Assembly (NCBI GenBank): GCA_003518045.1
Contig: DOZK01000020.1
Coordinates: 19,292 to 76,688, forward strand
Direction of reading: 5' to 3'
DNA from: Candidatus Nomurabacteria bacterium
Lineage (GTDB): Bacteria; Patescibacteriota; Minisyncoccia; Phycocordibacterales; UBA5272
DNA length: 57,397 nt
The notes beneath the pieces were generated by a model. That model did no database searches and was not told the origin of the DNA. It worked only from the letters and a program-made list of their open reading frames with translations. Below, one piece after another: positions 29,253 through 37,800 of this stretch (its first letter is position 1; each line of letters begins with the position of its first letter). Position numbers and translations under genes: made by a program.

Positions 29253-30029
29253 ATGGAAAACAAATACGAATATAAAAAGTTTACTTTTATTAGTGGTTCT
29301 ATTGCTCTCATTACTATTGCATTGCTCGCATTGGTTATGAGTTTATCAGAGTGGAAATTGATGAGTCGTGGTGGGTCTAATTCCGCATCCATCACAGTTT
29401 CAGGTGAAGGGGAAATAACAGCTGCACCGGATATTGCTACTGTTAATTTCACAATACGTGAATCTGCTAAGACAGTACCTGAGGCACAAAAATTAGCTGA
29501 AGCAAAAATGGTTAAGGCTCTTGCTTCACTCACTGCATTAGGAATTGATAAAAAAGATACAAAAACAATTTCTTATACAGTAAATCCAAAGTATGAAAAT
29601 CAAATGATTTATTGTATTACTGTTCCTTGTCCAGCTGGCAAGACAGTCATAACTGGTTATGAAATAAGCGAATCAATACAAGTTAAAGTAAGAAAAATTG
29701 AAAAAGCAGGGGAGGTGCTAGGTGCATTAGGAACAATTAATATCACAGAAATAAGTGGTCCAGAATTTACAGTTGATGATATTAATAAAGCACAATCTGA
29801 TGCCAAGGTAAAAGCAATAGCTGACGCTAGAACAAAAGCAGAAGCTACAGCAAAGGCGCTTGGCGTATCATTAGGTGCAGTTATTCAATATTCCGAAGAT
29901 AATGGTGGATATTATCCAGTTGCCTATGGAATGGGTGCTATGAAAAGTCAGGCTGTGGATTCTGTCTCTGTACCAACAGGGGAGAGTGTTATAAAGGCGC
30001 GAGTGAGTGTTACGTATTCAGTGAACTAG
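29253..30029 (+). CDS. SIMPL/DUF541 domain protein
   Basis: ITVSGEGE...APDIA; AIADAR.KAE..A.ALGV.LG. Confidence 0.9.
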   Translation: MENKYEYKKFTFISGSIALITIALLALVMSLSEWKLMSRGGSNSASITVSGEGEITAAPDIATVNFTIRESAKTVPEAQKLAEAKMVKALASLTALGIDKKDTKTISYTVNPKYENQMIYCITVPCPAGKTVITGYEISESIQVKVRKIEKAGEVLGALGTINITEISGPEFTVDDINKAQSDAKVKAIADARTKAEATAKALGVSLGAVIQYSEDNGGYYPVAYGMGAMKSQAVDSVSVPTGESVIKARVSVTYSVN

Positions 30030-30186
30030 TTAGGGGTTAGAAGTTAGGGGTTAGAGGTAAATACAGATAACAGATTTCAGATTGACGAACGAAGGTGAGG
30101 AGACACTGAGCACAGTAGTGCGAAGTGTTAGAAGTTAGGGGTTAGGAGAGAATACAGAAACCAGAAGATAAATATCAGAAAATACA

Positions 30187-30214
30187 CAAAAACGGCACCT
30201 TCGGTGCCGTTTTT
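30187..30214 (+). terminator. intrinsic terminator
   Basis: AAAAACGGCAC-CTTCG-GTGCCGTTTTT. Confidence 0.75.
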
Positions 30215-30247
30215 GTCTTGTAAAATAAGGATTTTAAGTGATTTATA

Positions 30248-30276
30248 TTGACATTTAGCTAAAAACGTGCTATTCT
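30248..30276 (+). promoter_or_regulatory. sigma70 promoter of DGR target A
   Basis: TTGACA-17 bp-TATTCT with an extended -10 TG. Confidence 0.75.
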
Positions 30277-30309
30277 GTATTAGATAATCGCTCTTTTACA
30301 GTTTTAGAT

Positions 30310-30376
30310 GTTTACCATAGCTTCAAGCCTTAATTCTTATTAGGTTTTTGAAAAAAAGTTTGAAGCTATGGTAAAC
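30310..30376 (+). repeat. 17-bp perfect inverted repeat in the 5' leader of DGR target A
   Basis: GTTTACCATAGCTTCAA ... TTGAAGCTATGGTAAAC. Confidence 0.8.
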
Positions 30377-30437
30377 CGATGTTTCGGAACCCGCCAGCAA
30401 GCTACCCGTAAGGAGTAGCGCTCAATGGAGAAATTAC

Positions 30438-31082
30438 ATGAGCACAAAATCAACTGCCACGTTCCCACAAGCCGCGCATCTATTGACCTTGTTTGGTCAG
30501 AAAGATGTTAGCAAGGAACAGTTTGGTCAACTCGTTGACCTTGGACTGCTTTCTGACTTGCTTGATTCCGACCCGACGAAGGTCGACCGCGACAAGTTTC
30601 GGGATGTGCTTGGTCTCAAAATCACAGTGACACCTGTTGCTGAATTGGTGAGTTCAATCATCACCGTTGACCGTTCTGTTTGCCCATCGTACCCCGATTG
30701 GGTGACAAAGGTTATTTACCCGCAATTTGTGGGTATGGGCCCAGTGGGTTACGATGTAACCACACTCAAGCAGTGGCTACATGACGATCAGAAATCTGGT
30801 GTCGTGGCTGGCAACCTGATTCATGAATACCTGAAGAGCAACAAAATGCTTGAAGGGTGTCTCGGTCTTCGTGACCTGGAAGAAATACAGAAGAAGGGTA
30901 TCGCCTTTTTCCGGAAATATTTCCAGGGCAAGGCCGTCTTCGGATGGAAGTCTGTCGTACGGGACTCGAATGGCGACCTGCGTGTGCCGTGTCTGGTCGA
31001 GGACGGTGGTGAGGTTCTTCTGAACTGGCGCTGGCTTGTCTTTGACTGGTTCTCCAATAACCCCGCGCTTCGTTTCGTTTGA
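30438..31082 (+). CDS. DGR target protein A (C-terminal variable region, probable CLec-type fold)
   Basis: Last 41 codons match the TR at 31399-31522 except at adenines; GGAG RBS before the ATG. Confidence 0.9.
   Translation: MSTKSTATFPQAAHLLTLFGQKDVSKEQFGQLVDLGLLSDLLDSDPTKVDRDKFRDVLGLKITVTPVAELVSSIITVDRSVCPSYPDWVTKVIYPQFVGMGPVGYDVTTLKQWLHDDQKSGVVAGNLIHEYLKSNKMLEGCLGLRDLEEIQKKGIAFFRKYFQGKAVFGWKSVVRDSNGDLRVPCLVEDGGEVLLNWRWLVFDWFSNNPALRFV
30954..31077 (+). repeat. DGR variable repeat VR-A
   Basis: 124-nt match to TR-A with 18 mismatches, all at TR adenines (10 A>G, 5 A>T, 3 A>C). Confidence 0.95.
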
Positions 31083-31132
31083 ACTTCGGGCTTGGTCACT
31101 TTGTTTTTTAGACACTTTGACCTTAACCCTTT

Positions 31133-31170
31133 GTCCCGCACCTAGTGATAGTGTGCGGGACTTTTGTTTT
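31133..31170 (+). terminator. hairpin/terminator after target A
   Basis: GTCCCGCAC...GTGCGGGAC followed by TTTTGTTTT. Confidence 0.65.
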
Positions 31171-31183
31171 GTATACTAAAACC

Positions 31184-31568
31184 GAGAGTAGATAATGAAT
31201 GCATGATTATGGTTATGCATCATCGAAATCAGTATCCATATGTCCAGAATATTTAAGATTATAGTTTTAAATAGCGTGGCGTATGTAGACACTTCAAAAA
31301 TGAAGTTACTTGGTATGGTGTGCTAGACATTGTTATGTCAAATAAAATTCAGCCCTGAGATTTTTCAAGGGGTGGTGATATAGATGGCATATTATATAAT
31401 CGTACGGAACTCGAATGGCAACCTGAATGTGCCGTATCTGATCGAGAACGATGGTAAGGTTATTCTGAACTGGAACTGGCTTGACAATGACTGGAACTCC
31501 AATAACCCCGCGCTTCGTTTCGCAACTTATTTCATTTCTAAATGCCAACATTTTATGTTGGCATTTAG
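31184..31568 (+). ncRNA. putative DGR template RNA A (structured 5' domain, TR and 3' hairpin)
   Basis: Shares blocks GAGAGTAGATAATGA, CATCGAAATCAGTA, TTCAAAAA, TACTTGG and AAATTCA with 49820-50037; TATACT box at 31172. Confidence 0.7.
31399..31522 (+). repeat. DGR template repeat TR-A
   Basis: A-rich copy of VR-A with 11 AAY codons in the target frame; followed by a 14-bp hairpin at 31538-31568. Confidence 0.95.
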
Positions 31569-31750
31569 TTTTTCTTTTCTGCTTGTTGTTTTGTTAATTG
31601 CCCATTCCATCCACCTAGCATTTTACCTATTTCGTTTGTTTTCTCAGAAAGAGAAATATATTTTTTGGTATCGAGTGATTTTGTTTCAAATAAAATTAGT
31701 ATAAGAATATTAAACGTATCTAGCTTTCGAATCGCTATACGAACAAAGGT
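31565..31750 (-). pseudogene. avd: 5'-truncated avd (four-helix bundle) remnant
   Basis: Minus strand reads ...IAIRKLDTFNILILILFETKSLDTKKYISLSEKTNEIGKMLGGWNGQL..., aligning with the C-half of 50330-50725 (..KAIQLLDT..KQYIALSEKLHEIGKMLGGWHNQ); no N-half and no ATG start. Confidence 0.85.
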
Positions 31751-31837
31751 AATAAAGATAATGAAAAATCCGCTGTGTTTGAAGCAGCGGTTTTTTGTTT
31801 TCAGCTTAGACTTAGTCGAAGTCCAGAGGCTCTCATG

Positions 31838-32242
31838 TCATACTTTGCCCGCAATGAATTGCTTAACCAGTAGAGGAATTTCTTCCAAAGTTTCATACCT
31901 GGCGAAGGTGTAGCATGGTTCGTTGATTCCAAGCACTAACCGTGTTACAAGGGCATTTGTTTGAGCAAGTGCGAGTGTTGGTTTGCCGTTTTTTTCAACA
32001 GCAGTACTCAACTCGTATCCAAGTCCGGTCGACGGGTGGTCCACAAGGGCGATAAAGACATCACACTTTGCAACACAGTTGTGTATGTCCCAAACATAGA
32101 CATCTTCGGCCGTCCCGGCAACTAACCCAAGGAAGTCGAACACGAAATGTCCGTCCTCCCTGAGAGCTATTTTTAGGATATCCACAGCCCGCTTAAATTC
32201 CTCTGAAGCATGCGTCAGTGCGCAGCCAACATAGATCTTCAT
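31838..32242 (-). CDS. nucleoside 2-deoxyribosyltransferase-like protein
   Basis: MKIYVG...VY.WD...V..CD.FIA....PSTG.GYEL..A...KP.L motif pattern. Confidence 0.7.
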   Translation of the reverse strand: MKIYVGCALTHASEEFKRAVDILKIALREDGHFVFDFLGLVAGTAEDVYVWDIHNCVAKCDVFIALVDHPSTGLGYELSTAVEKNGKPTLALAQTNALVTRLVLGINEPCYTFARYETLEEIPLLVKQFIAGKV

Positions 32243-32355
32243 GGAAAAACTCCTCAGGTTGGTAGCGTCCGGAGACGTAAACAGGGTTATCGAACGAGTC
32301 CATATTTACTCTAAAGTATTTATTATAAAGTGTCAATGCTTATTATTTTTAGGTA

Positions 32356-32384
32356 TTGACTTGTTATCTTAATTCCTGTAATAT
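32356..32384 (+). promoter_or_regulatory. sigma70 promoter of secE-nusG
   Basis: TTGACT-17 bp-TAATAT. Confidence 0.55.
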
Positions 32385-32471
32385 ACAAAGTAACAAATGC
32401 CCGCGGGGGTGTTTTTTAGAATAAAGGTTATAAGTGCGTAACAAATTAACCGAAATTAAACTAATCACATT

Positions 32472-32654
32472 ATGAATCTATTAAATTATTTTAAGGAGAC
32501 AAAAGCAGAACTTAAAGAAGTTACTTTTCCTAAAACTTCACAAACAGTAACTTATACAATACTCGTTGTTGTTATTTCTATTGTAGTTGCTCTAGTGTTA
32601 GGAGGAGTAGATCTTGGTTTCAAAACAATATTAGCAAAGCTTCTCGCCCGCTAG
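32472..32654 (+). CDS. secE: preprotein translocase SecE
   Basis: ETKAELKEVTFP plus a single TM helix; directly upstream of nusG. Confidence 0.93.
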   Translation: MNLLNYFKETKAELKEVTFPKTSQTVTYTILVVVISIVVALVLGGVDLGFKTILAKLLAR

Positions 32655-32723
32655 TATTGTATTTGTATTTTGTGTTTATGTATTAACTAATAACTATTAA
32701 CCAGTAACTAATAACTACCCATC

Positions 32724-33269
32724 ATGGCTAAACAAGAATTCACCGGAGAGCGTCATTGGTATGCAATCCATACATATAGTGGTTACGAAAACGCAGTACA
32801 GCGTAATTTAAAACAACGCATTGAATCTCTTCAAATGGAAGATAAAATTTTCGACGTGGTTGTACCAGTAGAAAAGAAAATTAAAGTTAAAGGAACAAAG
32901 CGTGTTGAAGTCGAAGAGAAAGTTTATCCTGGATACATTCTAGTAGACATGATTGTGGATGATAATAGTTGGTATGTTGTTCGTAATACACCCCGCGTTA
33001 CAGGATTCGTTGGCGCAGGAACAACTCCAGTTCCACTTTCTCAAAAAGAAATTGATTATCTTTTGAATAAAATGAAATCAGGCGAAGTAGAACATGAGAT
33101 TGTGGTAGAGGTAGGGGAATTAGTTTCTATTATTGATGGTCCATTTAAAGAATTCGAAGGAAAGGTAAGTGAAGTAGATAAGTCACGTGGGAAGTTGAAG
33201 GTGCTGGTGAATATGTTTGGACGAGAGACGCCCGTCGAGCTTGATTTTTTGCAGGTTAAAAAAATATAA
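32724..33269 (+). CDS. nusG: transcription factor NusG
   Basis: [33 protein letters not shown]. Confidence 0.97.
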   Translation: MAKQEFTGERHWYAIHTYSGYENAVQRNLKQRIESLQMEDKIFDVVVPVEKKIKVKGTKRVEVEEKVYPGYILVDMIVDDNSWYVVRNTPRVTGFVGAGTTPVPLSQKEIDYLLNKMKSGEVEHEIVVEVGELVSIIDGPFKEFEGKVSEVDKSRGKLKVLVNMFGRETPVELDFLQVKKI

Positions 33270-33270
33270 A

Positions 33271-33371
33271 TTACTTCATCTGCTTTGTTGCAAAGGATTT
33301 TTCCTCCCGCAACGTACCCCTAAGTACGTTTTGGTCGAAAAAATCCTTTGCGCCTCGCATCTAAAGCAATT
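33271..33371. repeat. imperfect long hairpin element between nusG and rplK
   Basis: GCAAAGGATTTTT...AACGTAC-CCCTAA-GTACGTT...AAAAATCCTTTGC. Confidence 0.6.
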
Positions 33372-33446
33372 TCTATCTTTTTAAAAATCGAGGGTTGTCA
33401 AAACCAATAAAACCTGATAGAATAAGCAAACTTTTCAAATCACATT

Positions 33447-33857
33447 ATGGCAAAGAAAATTACAAAATACGTGAAAGTTCAAATTGAGGCAGCAAAGGCA
33501 ACCCCCGCTCCTCCACTTGGTCCTGCCTTAGGTCAGGCTGGTGTTCAGATTGGGGATTTCGTTAATAAATTTAACGCAGCAACTCAAGGGAAGCAAGGAA
33601 GAATGACAGTAAAGATTTATGTTTACGAAGATCGTACTTACGATTTCGTTATCAAAACTCCTACTGCCACATCTTTAGTTATGAAGTCTGCAAATGTTGC
33701 AAAAGGTAACTCAAAAGGTGAAGCCGGAACAATTTCAAAAGAAAAAGTTCGTGAAATTGCAGAAATTAAATTGAAAGATTTAACAGCTCACACAGTTGAA
33801 CAGGCGATGAAGATTATAGAGGGGACTGCAAGAAGTATCGGAATTACCGTAAAGTAG
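33447..33857 (+). CDS. rplK: 50S ribosomal protein L11
   Basis: ATPAPPLGPALGQAGV...GTARSIG. Confidence 0.97.
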   Translation: MAKKITKYVKVQIEAAKATPAPPLGPALGQAGVQIGDFVNKFNAATQGKQGRMTVKIYVYEDRTYDFVIKTPTATSLVMKSANVAKGNSKGEAGTISKEKVREIAEIKLKDLTAHTVEQAMKIIEGTARSIGITVK

Positions 33858-33883
33858 TTACAAAATCACTTAGAGGATATTTT

Positions 33884-33920
33884 ATAAACAAAAACCACCT
33901 AAAAGGTGGTTTTTGTTTAT
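33884..33920 (+). terminator. intrinsic terminator after rplK
   Basis: ATAAACAAAAACCACCT-AAA-AGGTGGTTTTTGTTTAT. Confidence 0.75.
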
Positions 33921-33947
33921 ATTCGAGATTTTTGCTAGTATTGTTAT

Positions 33948-35051
33948 ATGTATGAAACAGGATATGGGGCGCTACCATCACAGAAATTGCGAGAATTTAT
34001 AGAAAAAGGGGATTTCAAAAATGTGGAAGAAAAAAATATTAGTCCAGCGTCTATTGATGTTACTGTCTCAGGAGAGTGGTATAGAATAGATGGAGTCTTT
34101 TTACCAAAGACCGGCGAGACTATTCCTTCACTTATAAAAAAATTACATGGTGCGCGTCACGCAATTCAAGAGCCGTTGGAACATGGCATAGTTTATATCG
34201 CACGCATCAACGAGTCTTTTGATTTACCAGAAGATATTTATGCATATTGCAATCCAAAATCCTCCACCGGACGCCATGATTTACATGTTCGCATCGTAAA
34301 AGACGGTGTCGCTAGATATGACACTTTACCAAAAGGAAGTAAAGGAGATTTGTGGGCAATAGTTGTGCCACGTTCGTATCCTGTTTTGCTTACACCTGGA
34401 TTTGCAATTAGCCAGGTAAGATTTTTTAATAAAAACACAAGATTTAAAGAGTCAGATTTAGATATTGAATGGCATAAAAAACCATTAGCATATCATTTAA
34501 ATGGTGAGCCATATTCTTATGAAAGTTTTCGTATGAAAGATTCTGATGGATCAATTTTACTTCGCCTTGATTTATCGCAAGACATTGTTGGTTATGAATG
34601 TCGAGGCTCAAATATTGTAGTTGATTTAAGTTCAACAAATAACACAATTGATTCTTCACGGCATTTTATTCCAATTAAAAAAACAGGGGACAGTATTGTT
34701 TTACGTAAAGATAGTTTTTATATTCTTTCAACAAAAGAAGCTTTAAGAGTTCCACCATACCTCGCAAGTGAAATGGTTGATATGGATTCAAGAACTGGAG
34801 AATTTCGTACTCATTATGCAGGATTTTTCGACCCAGGGTGGGGATGTGGACTAGACGGCGAAGGAAAAGGTAGACCTATAACACTCGAGATTCGTACTTT
34901 TGAAGATGTTATTATTTCTAATGGTCAACCAATTGGAAAAGTTAAATTTGAAAAGATGGCAGATATTCCAGAAGTTCATTATGACCAAAAGAATTCAAAT
35001 TATTTAATTCAATCAGGTCCAAAATTGGCGAAGCAGTTTAAAACGGATTAA
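33948..35051 (+). CDS. dcd: dCTP deaminase (two-domain DCD family)
   Basis: PASID, NPKSSTGR.D, GEFR.HYAGFFDPG.G, Y..Q.GP.L.K.F. Confidence 0.88.
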   Translation: MYETGYGALPSQKLREFIEKGDFKNVEEKNISPASIDVTVSGEWYRIDGVFLPKTGETIPSLIKKLHGARHAIQEPLEHGIVYIARINESFDLPEDIYAYCNPKSSTGRHDLHVRIVKDGVARYDTLPKGSKGDLWAIVVPRSYPVLLTPGFAISQVRFFNKNTRFKESDLDIEWHKKPLAYHLNGEPYSYESFRMKDSDGSILLRLDLSQDIVGYECRGSNIVVDLSSTNNTIDSSRHFIPIKKTGDSIVLRKDSFYILSTKEALRVPPYLASEMVDMDSRTGEFRTHYAGFFDPGWGCGLDGEGKGRPITLEIRTFEDVIISNGQPIGKVKFEKMADIPEVHYDQKNSNYLIQSGPKLAKQFKTD

Positions 35052-35053
35052 AT

Positions 35054-35539
35054 CTAGCGTGTATAAACAGTAAAATTAATCGGATAAGGATTTTCTTCTC
35101 CTTTTTCAATTTTGTTTTCCGATTCTTTCTTCCAAATAATATTATCTATTTCCGGAAAAGTTGTATCACCAACAAATTCTTCGTCAATGTGGGTTATATA
35201 TAATTTATCGACGATAGGAATGAATTGTTTGTAAATATCAGCACCACCTATTACAAAAGCTTCTTCATTTGAGTTTTTAAAAATAGAGGCAACTTCATCA
35301 ACAGAATGGAATACTTCTACTTCAGGATATGAAAATGTTTCATCACGAGTAATAACAATATTTCTTCTATTGGGAAGAGCTTTACCAATTGATAGAAAAG
35401 TTTTTCTTCCCATAATTATTGGGTGTCCACTTGTAGTAGTTCTAAAAAATTTCATATCAAGTGGAATATTCCAAAGAAGTTTATTCTCATTTCCGATTAC
35501 ATTATTTTTTGCTACGGCTGCGATAATAGATAGGGACAT
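35054..35539 (-). CDS. folA: dihydrofolate reductase
   Basis: IIMGRKTF.SI...LP.RRNIV; VIGG..IY; GDT.FP. Confidence 0.96.
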   Translation of the reverse strand: MSLSIIAAVAKNNVIGNENKLLWNIPLDMKFFRTTTSGHPIIMGRKTFLSIGKALPNRRNIVITRDETFSYPEVEVFHSVDEVASIFKNSNEEAFVIGGADIYKQFIPIVDKLYITHIDEEFVGDTTFPEIDNIIWKKESENKIEKGEENPYPINFTVYTR

Positions 35540-35540
35540 A

Positions 35541-36497
35541 TTAAACAGCGATTGGTGCTTTTATAGAATCATGAGGATTATAGTCAACCAATTCAAAATC
35601 ATTTATTGTAAAGCTCTCGATATCTTTTATATCAGGATTTATTTTCATTTCAGGCATTGAGCGTAAATCATTTCTGCGAGCAAGTTGAACATCTGCTTGT
35701 GCCAAGTGATTGTTATATAAATGAACGTCTCCACCTGTCCAAACGAATTCTCCAGGGGTAAGTCCAGTTACCTGAGCAATCATCATAGTTAGAAGTGCAT
35801 ATGAAGCAATATTAAATGGTACACCTAAAAATGTATCACAACTTCTTTGATAGAGCTGGCAAGAAAGTTTCCCGTCAGCAACATAGAATTGGAATAAACA
35901 GTGACAAGGTGGAAGACCAGCCTTTGCCATCTCGTCGATGTCTGCAACATTCCAAGCAGACACAATCATACGTCTGTCATTTGGATTCTTTTTTATTTGT
36001 TCGATAACATTTTTTAATTGATCAATGTGACCTCCATTTGGTGTTGGCCAGTTTCGCCACTGATAACCATAAATAGGGCCGAGACTCCCATACTCTTTTC
36101 TGAAATCCATATCAGTTTTTATTTTTTCTACGAAAGCTTGCATTTGTGTTTTCCATTCGTCACTATTTACAATAGGCATTGGTAAACTATTTCTTTGCAA
36201 ATATGATTTGAATGGCCACTCATCCCAAATGTGTACATTGTTTTCTGCTAAATAACCTAAATTATTATCACCACGGACAAACCATAATAATTCGTGAATA
36301 ATAGATTTGATCGGAAGTTTTTTTGTTGTTAAAAGCGGAAAGCCTTTTGATAAATCAAATCGCATTTGATGTCCAAAAATTGATAAAGTACCTGTTCCAG
36401 TACGGTCTCCTTTTTGTACCCCTTCACTCTTAATACGTTCTATAAGGTCAAGATATGTGTTATCTACGTGATATGTTTTCATGTATGAAGTATACAT
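35541..36497 (-). CDS. thyA: thymidylate synthase
   Basis: [29 protein letters not shown]. Confidence 0.97.
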   Translation of the reverse strand: MYTSYMKTYHVDNTYLDLIERIKSEGVQKGDRTGTGTLSIFGHQMRFDLSKGFPLLTTKKLPIKSIIHELLWFVRGDNNLGYLAENNVHIWDEWPFKSYLQRNSLPMPIVNSDEWKTQMQAFVEKIKTDMDFRKEYGSLGPIYGYQWRNWPTPNGGHIDQLKNVIEQIKKNPNDRRMIVSAWNVADIDEMAKAGLPPCHCLFQFYVADGKLSCQLYQRSCDTFLGVPFNIASYALLTMMIAQVTGLTPGEFVWTGGDVHLYNNHLAQADVQLARRNDLRSMPEMKINPDIKDIESFTINDFELVDYNPHDSIKAPIAV

Positions 36498-36624
36498 TAG
36501 GCACAGAATTAAAGGCAGTATTTACATGTTTTGAGTTATGTTGTAAAGCCAATTTATGTCTTTTTATATTATTCTTAAAACATGTTACGCTAGGAGTATA
36601 TTAATCGCTAATATCACCAATTAA

Positions 36625-37797
36625 ATGAAAGACAAAATCATTGAAAAATTAATTAAAGCAGAGGACGCAAGGCAGAAAAAAGTTATCAATTTAATTGCAT
36701 CAGAAAATTATGTTTCTGATGACGTACTTAAAGCACTCGGCTCCTCACTTACAAATAAATATTCAGAAGGTTATCCAGGACGAAGATATTATGGTGGAAA
36801 TGTATTGATTGACCAAGTGGAAAACATCGCACGTGAGCGCGCGCTTTCCCTCTTTAAATTAGACCCTAAGAAGTGGCATGTGAATGTACAGCCTCTTTCT
36901 GGCTCTCCTGCAAATTTCGCTGTCTACGCGGCTTTTGTGCCATTAGGTGGCAAAATAATGGGCCTCAAGCTCTCAAGTGGTGGACATTTAACTCATGGAC
37001 AGTCAGTTTCTATGACTGGGAAAATTTGGAAGCAAGTTCCATATTCTGTAGATGAAAAAACAGAAATGCTGAACTATAAAGAAATTGAAAAAATTGCGAT
37101 GGATGAAAAGCCAGATATTATTGTTGCTGGATTTACTGCATATCCAAGAGTGGTTGATTTCAAAAAATTTGCATCAATTGCAAAAAAAGTTGGCGCACTT
37201 TTGATGGTAGATATGTCCCACTTTGCTGGACTAGTTGCAGGGGAGGCATACCCAACTCCTTTCCCATATGCTGATGTTGTAACAACAACTGTTCATAAAA
37301 CACTTCGTGGTCCACGTGCGGCTATGATTTTTGTTCGCAGGGATAAACGTGAGATGGATAAGAAAATTGATAAGACAATTATTCCAGGACTTCAAGGTGG
37401 GCCACATAATAATCAAGTTGCAGCGGTAGCAATTGCTCTTAAAGAAGCTTCTACTCCAGCATTTAAAAAATATGCAAAGCAAGTTGTGAAAAACGCACAA
37501 GCCTTCGGTGTAGCACTTGAGAAAAAAGGTTGGCGAGTAATTACAGGTGGGACTGACTCACATTTACTTTTGGTTGATACTTGGGCAAATGGAAAAGGAT
37601 TATCTGGAAAAGAAGCGAGTGATAAATTAGAAGGTGCTGGAATTATTGTAAATATGAATACAATTCCACAAGACCCACGTGGCGTGATGGATCCGTCAGG
37701 TATTCGTGTAGGAACTGCAGCCGAGACAACTCGTGGTGCAAAAGAAAAAGATTTCGTGGAGATTGCAAATAAAATGGATAAGGTACTTCGTGGCTAA
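36625..37797 (+). CDS. glyA: serine hydroxymethyltransferase
   Basis: LIASEN, NKYSEGYPG.RYYGG, TTVHKTLRGPR. Confidence 0.97.
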   Translation: MKDKIIEKLIKAEDARQKKVINLIASENYVSDDVLKALGSSLTNKYSEGYPGRRYYGGNVLIDQVENIARERALSLFKLDPKKWHVNVQPLSGSPANFAVYAAFVPLGGKIMGLKLSSGGHLTHGQSVSMTGKIWKQVPYSVDEKTEMLNYKEIEKIAMDEKPDIIVAGFTAYPRVVDFKKFASIAKKVGALLMVDMSHFAGLVAGEAYPTPFPYADVVTTTVHKTLRGPRAAMIFVRRDKREMDKKIDKTIIPGLQGGPHNNQVAAVAIALKEASTPAFKKYAKQVVKNAQAFGVALEKKGWRVITGGTDSHLLLVDTWANGKGLSGKEASDKLEGAGIIVNMNTIPQDPRGVMDPSGIRVGTAAETTRGAKEKDFVEIANKMDKVLRG

Positions 37798-37800
37798 ATT

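Noticed and set aside
28938..30150. Short repeat arrays as a CRISPR array
   Set aside because: Units are 7-9 nt, degenerate and lack unique spacers; no cas genes in the window
30777..31141. Two minus-strand ORFs over target A
   Set aside because: Shadow ORFs of a GC-richer gene; the + strand frame is supported by the promoter, RBS and VR codon logic
31384..31704. 106-aa ORF over TR-A
   Set aside because: It is the stop-free TR read in the target frame plus the antisense of the avd remnant; better explained as template RNA
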